Made by a program: the position numbers and the translations under genes
Origin: Octopus vulgaris
Lineage: Eukaryota
Reading direction: 5' to 3'
Assembly (NCBI GenBank): GCA_951406725.2
Contig: OX597829.1
Coordinates: forward strand, 57,040,001 to 57,104,000
Length of the DNA: 64,000 bases
In this document: positions 40,541 through 53,885 of the stretch, in pieces
Layout of the letters: each line of letters opens with the position of its first letter
Numbering within the stretch: position 1 is the stretch's first letter
Notes under the pieces: model-generated
The model's database searches: none
Seen by the model: the letters and a program-made list of their open reading frames with translations, nothing else
Told to the model about the DNA's origin: nothing

Positions 40541-41228
40541 CTATGGAGAAATAAGAAGAGTAAAAAAATAAAAGTGAAAGAAAAAATAGGATCTGAAGAG
40601 ATTATTGTATTTGGGTGAGGTTTTGTTTATTAAAGATGTCAAAAATCTGAACTGTATTTGAAAAGATAAGACCTGGAAATTAGTCAATATTTATGGAGAG
40701 ACACAGAACGAATGTGATGATGTAAGTTAAATTTTGAAATGTCTATTTGTCAGGTAAAACATTTGAAAGTGAGTTAAATTCTGAAACGCATTTCATTGTA
40801 TATCTGGGTCTGAGTCAAACTGGCAAAGAGTTCATCTGTCTTTCTTTGATGACCGAAAAGTCAAACAAAATGACGAGCCGTCATCAAGCCATGTTTGGAC
40901 GCACAATGTTGTTCCGCAGACGTCTGCTGGTTGGTTTCTTAATGAGTGGCATGGCTGAGTTGTATAAATCCAAGCAGGTTCGAGTTGATGATGATGATGA
41001 TAGTAAGGGTTTGAGGAAGATTAGTAACAAGTCAAGTAATCACAAAGGGTCTCTTTACCCTGGTTCAACTCATTAACATCTTTGTGAGCAGAATGTTATT
41101 TACATTTTGGCTCCATTTCATTCCTGGTCAGTCCTCTGATCAAAGACATTCCAGCCATGGCCATTCCTTATCTTGTACCACATTAAACTTTGTTATTGTT
41201 GCTGTTGTTGTTTGACTCCATATTTATC

Positions 41229-41290
41229 ATGATTGATCAGACTTATGATGATTGATCAGACTTATGATGATTGATCAGACTTATGATGAT
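41229..41290. repeat. 19-bp tandem repeat, 3 copies
   Basis: atgattgatcagacttatg repeated three times. Confidence 0.9.
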
Positions 41291-42521
41291 CAAAGATATT
41301 AAAACTTTGAAGCATTTTATCTTTTATTCTGTCATAATTTATCTAAGATTATTGAGTTGTTCCTTTTAAGACAATAATGTAATCTGAGGAAGATTTGGCT
41401 ACTCTTTCAAACATATTGACTGATCATGAAAAGGCAAGTAATTAATGAATTACAATTATTTCCAAGACCATCGTTAAGGTGGAGCATTAAGAAGCAGACT
41501 ATCTCCACAGTTATCTCCAGGCCTGACCAATTATATTCTCTAAATTTAGGAGTAGAGAGCAACCATGTTGGCTGAGTCATTAGAATGTTCAATAAAATGT
41601 TTTGTAGAATTTGTTCCAGCTCTGTGTACTCTGAGTTCAAACCCAAATGAGATCAGCTTTACATTTCATTTTTCTTTTTTTATGGATTAAGCACCAGTTC
41701 AAAGTGGTGGATTGCTAGAATTATTAGAGCACCGAATGATAAAACTTGCAATATCTGTTTTGGCTCTTGGTATTCTGGCAGCAACTGGTAGCAAGTGACA
41801 ACACCGATGCCAAAGTGAACGAGTCTTTGTATTTTCTATGGATAATAGCAACGTAAAGAGAGAGCTGGCTGCATGAATAACTGCAGGTCTGTCATGAAAA
41901 AAAAAGGAAGCTTATCCAGGCTAGGGCTTTAAAGGGGAACTTTCCTGTTGCAGATCCATAAGTCTCACAAGACATATGGAAGCGCCAGAAGGAATGCAGA
42001 TGTCTTATAAATACTTTGACTCCAATCAAAAAATAATAAATTATAAAAAACAGCAGAATGATTATGACTAGTATATATTCTTTTATGTTTTCCCACATTG
42101 AACTCTGGCCATACTGGGGCACTGTCTTGAAGGGTTTATTCAATCAAATTGAACCCAAGGATAATTTTTTTAGTTTAATATTGATTCTTATGATTACTTT
42201 TTCTTTTTTTGCTGATCCACAAAGGTATGGGGACATAAACAAACCAACACTGGTTGTCAAACTGCAAAAGACAAAGACACACACACGACTGTGCACGGTT
42301 TCTGCTCTTATCTCGTTTCAGTCATTTGACTGTGGCCATGCTGGAGCACCATCTTTTGTCGAACAAATCAACCCCAGAACTTATTCTCTGTAAGTCTAGT
42401 ACTTATTATATCAGTCTCTTTTGCCGAACCACTAAGTTTCGGGGGACATAAACACACCAGTATTGGTTGTGAAGTGATGGTGGGGGGGGGACGAACACGG
42501 ATGCACAAACATATACATAAA

Positions 42522-42561
<40 letters not shown>

Positions 42562-43499
42562 CCGTCCAACCCATGCTAGCATGGAAAACGGACGCTAAAC
42601 GATGATGATGATGATGATGATGATACGACAGGCTTCTTTCAGTTTCCATCTACCAAATCCACTCATAAGGCTTTGCTCGGCCCAAGGCTATAGTAGAGGA
42701 CACTTACCCAAGGTGCCCCACACAGTGGGACTGAACCCATAACCATGTGGTTGGTAAGCAAGCTACTTACCACACAGCTACTCCTGCTAATCAAATTCAT
42801 TCAAAAGGTATTGGTTGACCCTTAGCTAAGATGTCACACAATGGGACTGAACTCAAAATGGCATAGTTATCTGTGTCGATTTACCTATTCTTAAGTCAAA
42901 GAGAACTTTTGTATATATGTGGCCTAAAGAGAATCTGAGAAGAACTGAAAACTGCAACAAACAATTCCCTGACCATAATCTCATTAACTTGGTTTCTTAA
43001 CCTAAAACAGTTTTTTTTTTTTTTTTTCCCGCAGCAACACAAATTGTATTTACATAAAGCATTAAACAGATTACGTAATAATTGTGTGGATAAATGTTAA
43101 ATTAATTAGTACAATTTGTTAACCAGAAATTCTATTCAACACTAGTTTGCTGACTAGTTTTCTGATATTCTTCCTACAGAAAGAGAGAGAGAGAGGAGGG
43201 AGAGGGAGAGAGAGGGGGTGAAAGAGAAGGTAAGAGCAGGGAGTGAGCAGGAAGGCAGCAGAAGTTATTCATAAAACAGTTATATTATTTTCCATCGTTA
43301 TTTTATGTCCCCTTTCACCCCGTTAGTAAAGGGTGGGTGGATTTTTTGAAAATAATTTGTACAATCACATGTTGGTTGAAAACATTCATTTTATGGAAAA
43401 GTGTGTGGGAGTTGGGGTTAGACAAATACATATTTCGCTTTGTTCGTTTTCCATTTTCACAGTCTTTTTCTTTTTCTTTCTACAATGTGAATTTGGAAT

Positions 43500-43600
43500 T
43501 GAGCCTGTTCTTCCAGCAGACCAACTTGCGGCACAAACAGCATCACAGAGACTACTCTGCTCACATACACTTACTGTTTGTCTATTTCTTGTAGTTCAGA
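43500..43600 (-). pseudogene. FANCA: FANCA-like exon remnant (QTVSVCEQSSLCDAVCAASWS)
   Basis: The S.C....AAS pattern has the same spacing as human TSFCQNLMAAS. Splice boundaries not resolved. Confidence 0.5.
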
Positions 43601-45800
43601 TATGACCCAACAAATAAGTCTCTACATGGTTACTTGATTGGCAAGAAGTAACAGCTACATTTCCCTCAGATCAAACCCTACTGTCTTAACCCATCTGGTT
43701 ACCATATTTCTATTGAAATACACTTTGTTTCAATTAATTTTCGAAATAATGAATTTATTTTTCAGGATGATCATTTTTCTTTTTCCAAATAAACATGTGC
43801 ACTATATAGTCGTTGTCCATGTGTATTCCCCTACTCTGCTTTAGCAGAGCAGGAGGATATACAGGGACAGAAAAAGTTGCTGAAGAGGTCACAGATGTGT
43901 TACAAAAGATTTCCAGACAATGGACATAACATAAAATAAGAACAGCAATAAATGAGTGAAGAATGAATATATAATGCATGTATTTATTTGACAAGAAGGA
44001 AAATTACCATCCTGAAATAAAACAATGTTTCAAAACATGGTTTCACATCAAGAATCTTGCAACACAAATTTATAAATGTAACTTCATTTGTTATTATAAA
44101 ACTGGTGCCCACCGAGGTTGACTTTGCCTTTTATCCTTTCGGGGTTGATAAATTAAGTACCAGTTGCATACTGGGGATGATCTAATCAACTGGCCCCTTC
44201 CCCCAAAATTCCAGGCTTTGTGCCTAGAGTAGAAAAGTTTATTAAACTGGTGTTTTGAAACAAGAACCAACATAAAATTATAATGAACAAGTTAAATGTA
44301 ATCACTTTAAAACAGAGAAGTTTGTGATGATGATGATGATGAACTAGAGGCTGTTTCAGGCAGGTAGATATCAAAACAGATATATAAAGAAAGAATACAT
44401 ATTATACAACTATAAAAAGGACAGGGTGGTTATGGCTGGAACACCTCTGATCATAGATCAGCTCCTATTATAGTTGACCTAGGGTTAAACAAAAAGAAGA
44501 ATTGTTCATTAAAAAAGAAAATCAAGTTTAACTCTTCAATGACCATATTTAGGATGAAATACACTAATTTTTTAATTAACTTATGAAATAATGAAGAACT
44601 CTGAAAGATTTAGAAAATAACATTTCTTTTTTATTAATCTCAAGTCTTGGACATAACAAAAGGTTCATACATATAATTAAGATCTAAGGATTTAATTAAA
44701 ATAACAACATTTTAAAAGGGACAATTTTCTGTCATAGAACAGGAGCAGTCTGAGGAGGGGGGGGGGCCAAGTGGGTTAATTTAAAAAGAAAATAAGAGTT
44801 TCAAAATATGAAGTTATTGAAAATGGAATTGAACAAAGGAATAAATATTGATTACTAACTAAATTCCAAAACCAAATATTTTGGGATGAGGTTGGAGTAA
44901 ATTAAAATGACCCCATACTTTGACTTGTCCTTTTATTACAAGAACCTCAGAAGGATGAATTGTAAAAATTAATGTTAGCCTTCTATTCTAATTGCATTGA
45001 CATCTAAGATATTTTATAGGAATATAAAATCTATCCCAGAAGGATGAAAGACAAAGTTAGTCTTAGTCTTCTATAATAATTCCATTCACATCAAGGATGT
45101 TTCATAGGAATATTAAGTCTATCCTGGCATTTTCCTGGTACCTCTTTTTATTATCAACCCCACAAGGATATAAAAGGTAATGTTGACTTTTGTAGTATTT
45201 GAACTAAGAATAAATGGTTCTAAATAAATGATATTTGTATGTATCCATCTACATCCAGTGATTTGTAATCTATCTTTAAAGTCATAAATATTAAAAGAAT
45301 GTTTTTTTTATTTGATGTTATCATTATCATTATTTAACATCCATGTACCATGCTAGCATTGGTTGGACAGTTTGACCAGATCAGGTCCCAGGACTGCATT
45401 ATGCTTCCATGTGTTAGGCAAGATTTCTGAAGTTGTACATGCATGCAAGCGTCCACTCTTTCCATGTCACCAATGTTTAGTTAAGGGAAATGGCCATCAA
45501 TTTTGGCCAATGCAGGTTGTGTTAGGTGTTTCTGTCAGAAAGTAAAGATTGCAGTTGTCTTGCCCACCCCTCCAACAGTTTCACTAGTCCATCGCACTGA
45601 AATTGTGCTTTGCTATTGACCTAGAAAGGATGAAAGGCAAAGTTGATTTTTCTGGGATTTGAACCAGGAGAACAGTGAGTGGGAAGAAATATCATGAGAC
45701 ACCCCATGCTTTCACAACTCTGCCACTTCACTGCCACCTTTGCCTTTTAATAATAACAATCCTTTTTACAATAGGTACAGGGCCAGAAATTCAATCCAGG

Positions 45801-45842
<42 letters not shown>

Positions 45843-45845
<3 letters not shown>

Positions 45846-46135
45846 GCAAAAACATGCATACTGATTGGCATCACAATCCATTCTGATGAAAATATTGTCA
45901 GAATTGAAGTGGACAAACTCAAAATATAAAGATCTTGAAATATATTAGAATAGAAATATTCAAGCTGTGGTGCATGAAGGTGAAACTGACACCACTAGTA
46001 ATTGGAGCACAAGGTATGAGTTCAGAAATGATGAAAAGACACATGGAAGCCACACCACGGCTCACAACATGACGCACTGTCCAAAAAATAATTCTAGGAA
46101 CAGCCCATGTCTTGCACAAGATGCTATTAAGTCAA
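45843..46135 (+). mobile_element. R4/Dong-like LINE 3' fragment adjoining (TAA)n (further fragments 47370-47600 and 47680-47930)
   Basis: TCILIGITIHSDENI..KYKDL..LWCMKVKLTPLVIGAQG..QKIILGTAHVL; abuts (TAA)n. Confidence 0.7.
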
Positions 46136-48869
46136 GAAAATAGCTCAAATAGAACAATTTTCACAGACAACAAATACCATGTACAATAAGCACCTAATAA
46201 TCTAAAACAGCACAAGCTCATGAGACATCATCATCGTTTAACATCCATTTTCCATGCTGGCACGGGTTGGACAGTTCGACTGGGGTCTGGGAAGCCAGGA
46301 GGCTGCACCAGGCCCCATTCTAATCTGGCAAGATTTTTACAGCTGGATGCCCTTTCTAATGCCAACCACTCCGAGAGTGTAGTGGGTGCTATTTATGTGC
46401 CACCAGCACAGGGGTCAGGGCAGCTGGCATCAGCCACGATCAGATGGTGCCTTTTACATGCCATCGGTACAGAAGCCAGTCAAATCAGTCAGTCAGTCTG
46501 CAAGTCTACCCAAGAAAAACTTATAATTAATTCTTTCTATTTATATAGGCATAAGGCCTGAAATTTCAAGGAAGGGGCTTAGTTGATTATATTGACCCCA
46601 GTGCTAAACTGGAATATTATTTTATTGACCCCATAAAAATGAAAGGCAAAGTTGATCTTGATGCTATTTGAACTCAGCATAAAGATGGATGGCACATGCT
46701 GCTAAGCATTTTGTGCAACATGCTAATGGTTCTGCCGGCTGACTACTGCCTTAATAATAAGTAGGTGGGTAGGTGGGGGGCATGTGATGAGAGGAATTCT
46801 TTGGAGTTTGAATAATTCTCCTTTGGAAACATGGGTGTTTTATTCAACATCCTTGAACAACCCTTATTCAGGGACCTTTTGAGCAGGATGGGCTACTTGA
46901 CCTGAAGAAAATTCTAACTGAGCCCCACCTGCAAGGTCATGCACTGTTTACCTTGATATGAGATCATTATGTTGCACACATATGGTTGTGATGCATGTGC
47001 CTAGTGTACCCTTATCAGGTGGGTATACTGGGCTTCGTATATTTTACCCCAGTGTCACTTTCATAGTATGTGCTGCTCTCACACTCAATAATAATTTTGG
47101 AATAAGGCCAGCATTTTTGGGGGAGGGATAAGTTGACCCCAGTACTCAACTGGTACTTATTTTAATGACCCTGAAAGGATGAAAAACAAAGTTGTTCTTG
47201 GCAGAATTTGAACTCAAAATATAAATATGGACTATGATGCTGCTAAGTAATTTTCCCAGTATAATAATGATTCTGTCAGCTCACCACTTTAATAATAATA
47301 ATAAATAGTAATAAGGTACTGCAAGGAGCTGTTTGTTGATTGGTTTAACTTGATCATATCATTACATCAATGGTAAAGAAAATGAAAAAATCATAAAATA
47401 TGCAGACTTGAGAATAGAGGTTGGGAGAATGTGGAATATGAAAGAATGGTGTGAACTGTGGTTGGGGCATTTGGGTGAGTGATGAAAATCTTTGAGAAGC
47501 ACCTTTGCACAATTGAAATCCCTCCCAGCATTGATATGGAAAAAAGATAACAGTTTTGGAAACAGCAAATATTCTATGGAAATGTCTATCTGAGGTTTCA
47601 TCACTTTGAAAATGAAGGAATAATAATAATAATAATAATAAATAGCAACAACTTTGATGGATGAAGGTACCGTAACAAAGCGTTTGTTGATTGAGGCAGC
47701 TTGTCCAGGAGATTATGATATCAATGGTGAAGAAAATGAGAAAATTGTACAATATGCAGACCAGAGAATGGCTGTCAAGAGAATGTGGAATATGAAAACA
47801 AGAGCAGAACCAATTGCAATTGGGTTGGTAATGAAAAATCTTCGGAAACAACTCGATACAATTGGAGTCTGTCCCAGTATTACAAAAGGCAACACATTTG
47901 GAATCAGCAAATATCCCATGGTAAGTACTGTTTGCGGTTACACAACTAGACAAGGAATCAATCAAACGACCCAGTATCATCACCACAGAGCAAATGGAGG
48001 AATAATAATAAAATTACAACATTCAGAATATTAAATTTTTTTACTTACTGTAAAATATAAACAGCTCGGTCAATATCAGACAAATCTTCTGCAACAGTAA
48101 GAGACTCAAGCTCTTCATTGCTCTGTAAGGAATTCGATAAAAAATGAGAAGATTACTCAAGAGAATCCAAACTTTGTCCAATATTTAACTCTTAAATTAA
48201 TAAATTAATTTCAATTTAATTTCATTTAAGCATTAATTAATATACAATTGAACAGATAAAGAAATTCATGTTTAAACAAACATTGAATATAAAGCTAAAC
48301 AGCAATAAATTTTTTCACTTCATTTTACCATTTTACATCCATATTTCTGGGTTTGGCTCTGGTGAAATGGCTTTTATTATGAATTTAGACATTTTCAAAG
48401 TCACCTTACATCTGTCTCATCTTAAATACTCTCTCACTTAATCAAGGAGGCTTTTTTCTTTTTCCTCACAAGTGCTAATGCCACAAAAAAGAAAAAAAGA
48501 AAAAAAAAAGAGCTCCATTATGCACTGTAAAGTGGTTGGTTTTAGGAAGCGGATCCAGGCATCAAAACAATGGCAATGCTGATAGAGAGCATGATGCAGC
48601 CACGTGACTTGCCGGATCCTGTCAAAGTATCCAACAGTTGCCGGCACAGAAAAATGGATATTAAATGATTATGATTGATGATGGTTGAAAAAAAAAAAAA
48701 AAAGCATCTGAAAGAGTAGAGTGAGATTATCCCAAGAGAATGGATTACTCAATGTTTCCCACAGTAATTACACTGTAGTCTTTCTCTCCCTTTTCCCGAA
48801 TAATGCTAGTCTTGTAGACGCAGACCACCTCCACCACCACCATCTAGGATAATAACGATTGTTGCAACT

Positions 48870-49221
48870 ATTACCTCCGTCTTAGTGAAGGTGGAGGTAT
48901 TGTTATCAGTCGTGTTTGTTTGTCTGTGGATATCTCAAGAACCGCTGGATGGATTCGGATAAAACTTTCAGGGATACTTGGCCTCATGACTGGCACGAAC
49001 TGATTAGATTTTGGGATTGATCCAGTACCGGACAAGGATTCTGGATTATTTTTCCCTGTTTTTTTTTTACTTAATTTTTGAGAGTGGTCGGGTTCACTTT
49101 TAGTATTTTCGTTTGTGAGAGCAGTCGAGATATTCTCATTTTAAAAATCATCTCTGGCTAATCGTTGAGAGGACAATGGAGTTGCCTTGGCAGAGGTTTG
49201 TGCTCTCTGAGTGCTCTTGTT
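48870..49221 (+). mobile_element. Helentron-associated (HINE-like) element
   Basis: 5' ttacctccg..ggaggt hairpin, a gtttgtttgtctgt microsatellite, a 3' sub-terminal inverted copy ggcagaggt and a terminal gctctctgagtgc hairpin. Confidence 0.65.
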
Positions 49222-50125
49222 ATTGTTATTTAACTTTAGTTCAGCCTTGGTTCAATGAACCTATGATCGAAGACATTTAAAGTCAACCAATGCCATCTTT
49301 TTTTATTCAGACATGCTATACCAAGGACTTCCAATTCTTCAAAGATGGTAAGATGTTATTTCAGGGAAAACTGGCTGCTATTTCTAACAAGGGATCCTGG
49401 AGAGTTTCCCATGTTTACTTATGTTTAGTCCATGCTAATCCACCCTGACATGGCAGACTTATAATCAAAGACACTCTGGTCATGACCAATCCATTTATTC
49501 AGAGTAAGATTTAATATATTCTTTCTTCCTTAAGATTGCAATGTCTGATTTGGTGAAATTTGACTGCTATTTTTAACAAGCTGGGAAGTTTGATAAAGGC
49601 TTGTTTATTGACTTATGATGATAATGATGGTGGTGATGATGATGAGGGAAGTGATAACGATGGTAATGATAATGGCTATTGTCTGTGATATTAGCAATGA
49701 TGAAGATGGTAGCAATAGCTGTAATAATAACAATAACGACCATGATGATGAAGATAATGCAGTAAACATCTAATTAATTAGTTAATTAGACATCAACATT
49801 GTCATGACCTCTGATATTAAAAAAGAAAAAAGGAAGAAGAAAACTTGTAAATCAAATATTTTTAATTGGGTCCCCCACGTAACCTCTAAGATCCCATTCT
49901 GAAGTGCTCCCCATCTTCAAAGCTATATGTATATTATTTGTGTGTATGTGTGTACGCATGCATGTATGTGCATGAATATATAATGTATATATTGTAGACT
50001 GACTGCTAACTGCATGTCTAAATAATGTTCTTGAAAGTGGCAATGACTTCCAAGGCAACAATGATGTCCGTTGTGTTTAATTTTATTATGACTTCTTGGC
50101 GGTTCTGAAACAGATGACAACAATT

Positions 50126-51780
50126 TACACACAAACACATGTAGACACTCACACACAAACACATGCAGACACTCACACTCAAACACATGCAGACACTCAC
50201 ACTCAAACACATACAGACACTCACACTCAAACACATGCAGACACTCACACTCAAACACATGCAGACACTCACACACAAACACATGCAGACACTCACACTC
50301 AAACACATGCAGACACTCACACACAAACACATACAGACACTCACACACAAACACATGCAGACACTCACACTCAAACACATGCAGACACTCACACACAAAC
50401 ACATGCAGACACTCACATACAGACACTCACACACAAACACATGCAGACACTCACACACAAACACATACAGACACTCACACACAAACACATGCAGACACTC
50501 ACACACAAACACATGCAGACACTCACACACAAACACATGCAGACACTCACACACAAACACATGCAGACACTCACACACAAACACATGCAGACACTCACAC
50601 ACAAACACATGCAGACACTCACACACAAACACATGCAGACACTCACACACAAACACATGCAGACACTCACACACAAACACATGCAGACACTCACACACAA
50701 ACACATACAGACACTCACACACAAACACATGCAGACACTCACACACAAACACATGCAGACACTCACACACAAACACATGCAGACACTCACACACAAACAC
50801 ATGCAGACACTCACACACAAACACATGCAGACACTCACACACAAACACATGCAGACACTCACACACAAACACATGCAGACACTCACACACAAACACATGC
50901 AGACACTCACACACAAACACATGCAGACACTCACACACAAACACATACAGACACTCACACACAAACACATGCAGACACTCACACACAAACACATACAGAC
51001 ACTCACACACAAACACATACAGACACTCACACACAAACACATGCAGACACTCACACACAAACACATACAGACACTCACACACAAACACATGCAGACACTC
51101 ACACACAAACACATGCAGACACTCACACACAAACACATGCAGACACTCACACACAAACACATGCAGACACTCACACACAAACACATACAGACACTCACAC
51201 ACAAACACATACAGACACTCACACACAAACACATGCAGACACTCACACACAAACACATACAGACACTCACACACAAACACATGCAGACACTCACACACAA
51301 ACACATACAGACACTCACACACAAACACATGCAGACACTCACACACAAACACATACAGACACTCACACACAAACAGATGCAGACACTCACACACAAACAC
51401 ATGCAGACACTCACACACAAACACATGCAGACACTCACACACAAACACATGCAGACACTCACACACAAACACATACAGACACTCACACTCAAACACATGC
51501 AGACACTCACACACAAACACATGCAGACACTCACACTCAAACACATGCAGACACTCACACACAAACACATACAGACACTCACACACAAACACATGCAGAC
51601 ACTCACACACAAACACATGCAGACACTCACACTCAAACACATGCAGACACTCACACACAAACACATGCAGACACTCACACACAAACACATGCAGACACTC
51701 ACACACAAACACATGCAGACACTCACACACAAACACATGCAGACACTCACACTCAAACACATGCAGACACTCACACACAC
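50126..51780. repeat. 24-bp minisatellite (ACACAAACACATGCAGACACTCAC), ~1.65 kb
   Basis: Very homogeneous array with G/A and A/T variant sites and one truncated unit near 50415. Confidence 0.98.
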
Positions 51781-53353
51781 TGAATATGAAACACAATAAT
51801 CTCACTTGTGTTCATTACGCATCCAAATCACCAGTTTTACAAAACTTTAAAATTCCATGGACACACAGCACTTCCTGTCTCTTTTCAAGTATAATAAAAT
51901 GTGTTCTCCCTTTGAAAATCAATGCTTGGCTTTGATTCCATAGAGTAGAGTGGATGTTACTGTTGACAGAATGTCTGTTTATTACAGGTAACATTTCCAA
52001 TTGAACTGGTGGTACCTACATTTTTGACGGCTAAGTAAAGTGAAGTAATATAGAATATGGTGTTGCATATGGGGACCTAATTATCATCTCAAGAGTAATT
52101 AAAAAACAAATCGTTATCATTTCATTCAGCTATTATCATCTGTTCACATTTATTCATTGGTTTAAGCAGCAATTGATTTTGAGCCAAGAATTTATGACTG
52201 GATGCTTTTCCTGTCAACTGATTTTTCAGGTAAGGAATTATTATATCCCACAAGTCTTTGAAGGCACATGGTGACTAGTCATATTATCAACATGCCCAGA
52301 ATATTTGCTGTAAAAAATTTCACCATAAGACAAATCCTTGATATGGACAATGATAAAGTGTTGTTATATCTGCATTTTAAATAAAATGATAAAATGTTTT
52401 GTAAAAGAATTAAATAGACAAATTTTTATTTGACATGAAACATTAAAACTAAACACGAGGAGGTCATTTAAAATGAAACTTTTTATGGCGAAAATTTTTA
52501 TGGTGAAATTTCCTACAAGTAATGGCAAAATCAATGGCACTTTATTATAAGCAGTGACAAACATTCATGCTTATTTACACACACACACACACAAGCATAA
52601 TACGGTTTTTGTCTCTCAATTTCACAAGGCATCGATGTGCTTGGTACAATTGTAGAAAGTGCTGCATAGCAGGTCTGAATCTGAATCCATACGGCTGAAA
52701 AGTAAACTTCTCAGCCATACAGTCATACTACAATAAATTACGTTTTAATCATATACTTGCAACATGGCTGTGGTATTTCAGGAAAGTGGCTCTTCACTGA
52801 GATACATCAGAGAAGTGTCACCCTCTCTCTCTCTCACACACACACACGTGTGCGTGCACGTGTGTTGGACTCTCTTGTCGTAAACAACAGATAAGTGTTC
52901 TTCAATTTCTTGCTGAACGACCTGCAGAAATGATTTGCTTAGAGTTATTAAATGTTCCCGTTGTACATTGGCTCATTCTTGTCATCAAATCAATGTCACC
53001 TGAACAGGTGTGTGGCCTACTTCATGTCAGGTGTTGAGGTGATTGCAGAGCTATGTGAAATGAAGTGGTTTGCTCAAGAATACAATGTACCACCCAGTTT
53101 AGGAATTGAAACCATGAGCTCATCATCATGAGTGCAAAACCCTAACACTAGAGTGAATGTGAACGTGTGTGTGTGTGTGTGTGTATAGAGGTGCAGGTGT
53201 GGCTGTGTGGTAAGAAGCTTGCTTCCCAACCACATGGTTCCGGGTTCAGTCCCACTGCATGGTTTCTTGGGCAAATGTCTTCTACTATAGCCTTAGGTCT
53301 TCTACTATAGCCTTGTGAGTGGATTTGGTAGACAAAAACTGAAAGAAGCCTGT

Positions 53354-53392
<39 letters not shown>

Positions 53393-53885
53393 GTGCATGC
53401 ATATATATTTATGTGTGTGTGTCTTTGTATTTGTCTCCACCACCATGACTTGACAACCGATGTTGGTGTGTTTGCCGAAACTTAGTAGTTCAGCAAAAGA
53501 GACCGATAGAATAAGTAGGTTTACAAAGAATAAGTCCTGGAGTTGATTTCTTTGACTAAAGACACTGCTCCAGCAAGGCCACAATCAAATGACTGAAACA
53601 CGTGAAAAAAAAAATGCATATACTTAATGTATATGCTTTGTGTATTTTCTGGTGTCTGCAATGGTGTAGTGGAGTATATAACTCTCATGTTGCTGATGTT
53701 AAAACAACTCAGAGTCCAAGACAGGCAAGATAACTTGCCTTCAATCCCATCTGGGAGAGATGGACATCGATGTTTCACCATTTTTGTGGATTTTCAACAT
53801 CATATACCTGCCTGGGTACGTATACATAAATATCGAACAATAAGGGGTGCTCAACATTGCACTTGTAGATAAAGATTCTTTATAT

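Noticed and set aside
50018-51935. ORFs of 455-595 aa on both strands
   Set aside because: Translations of a 24-bp minisatellite; no coding evidence.
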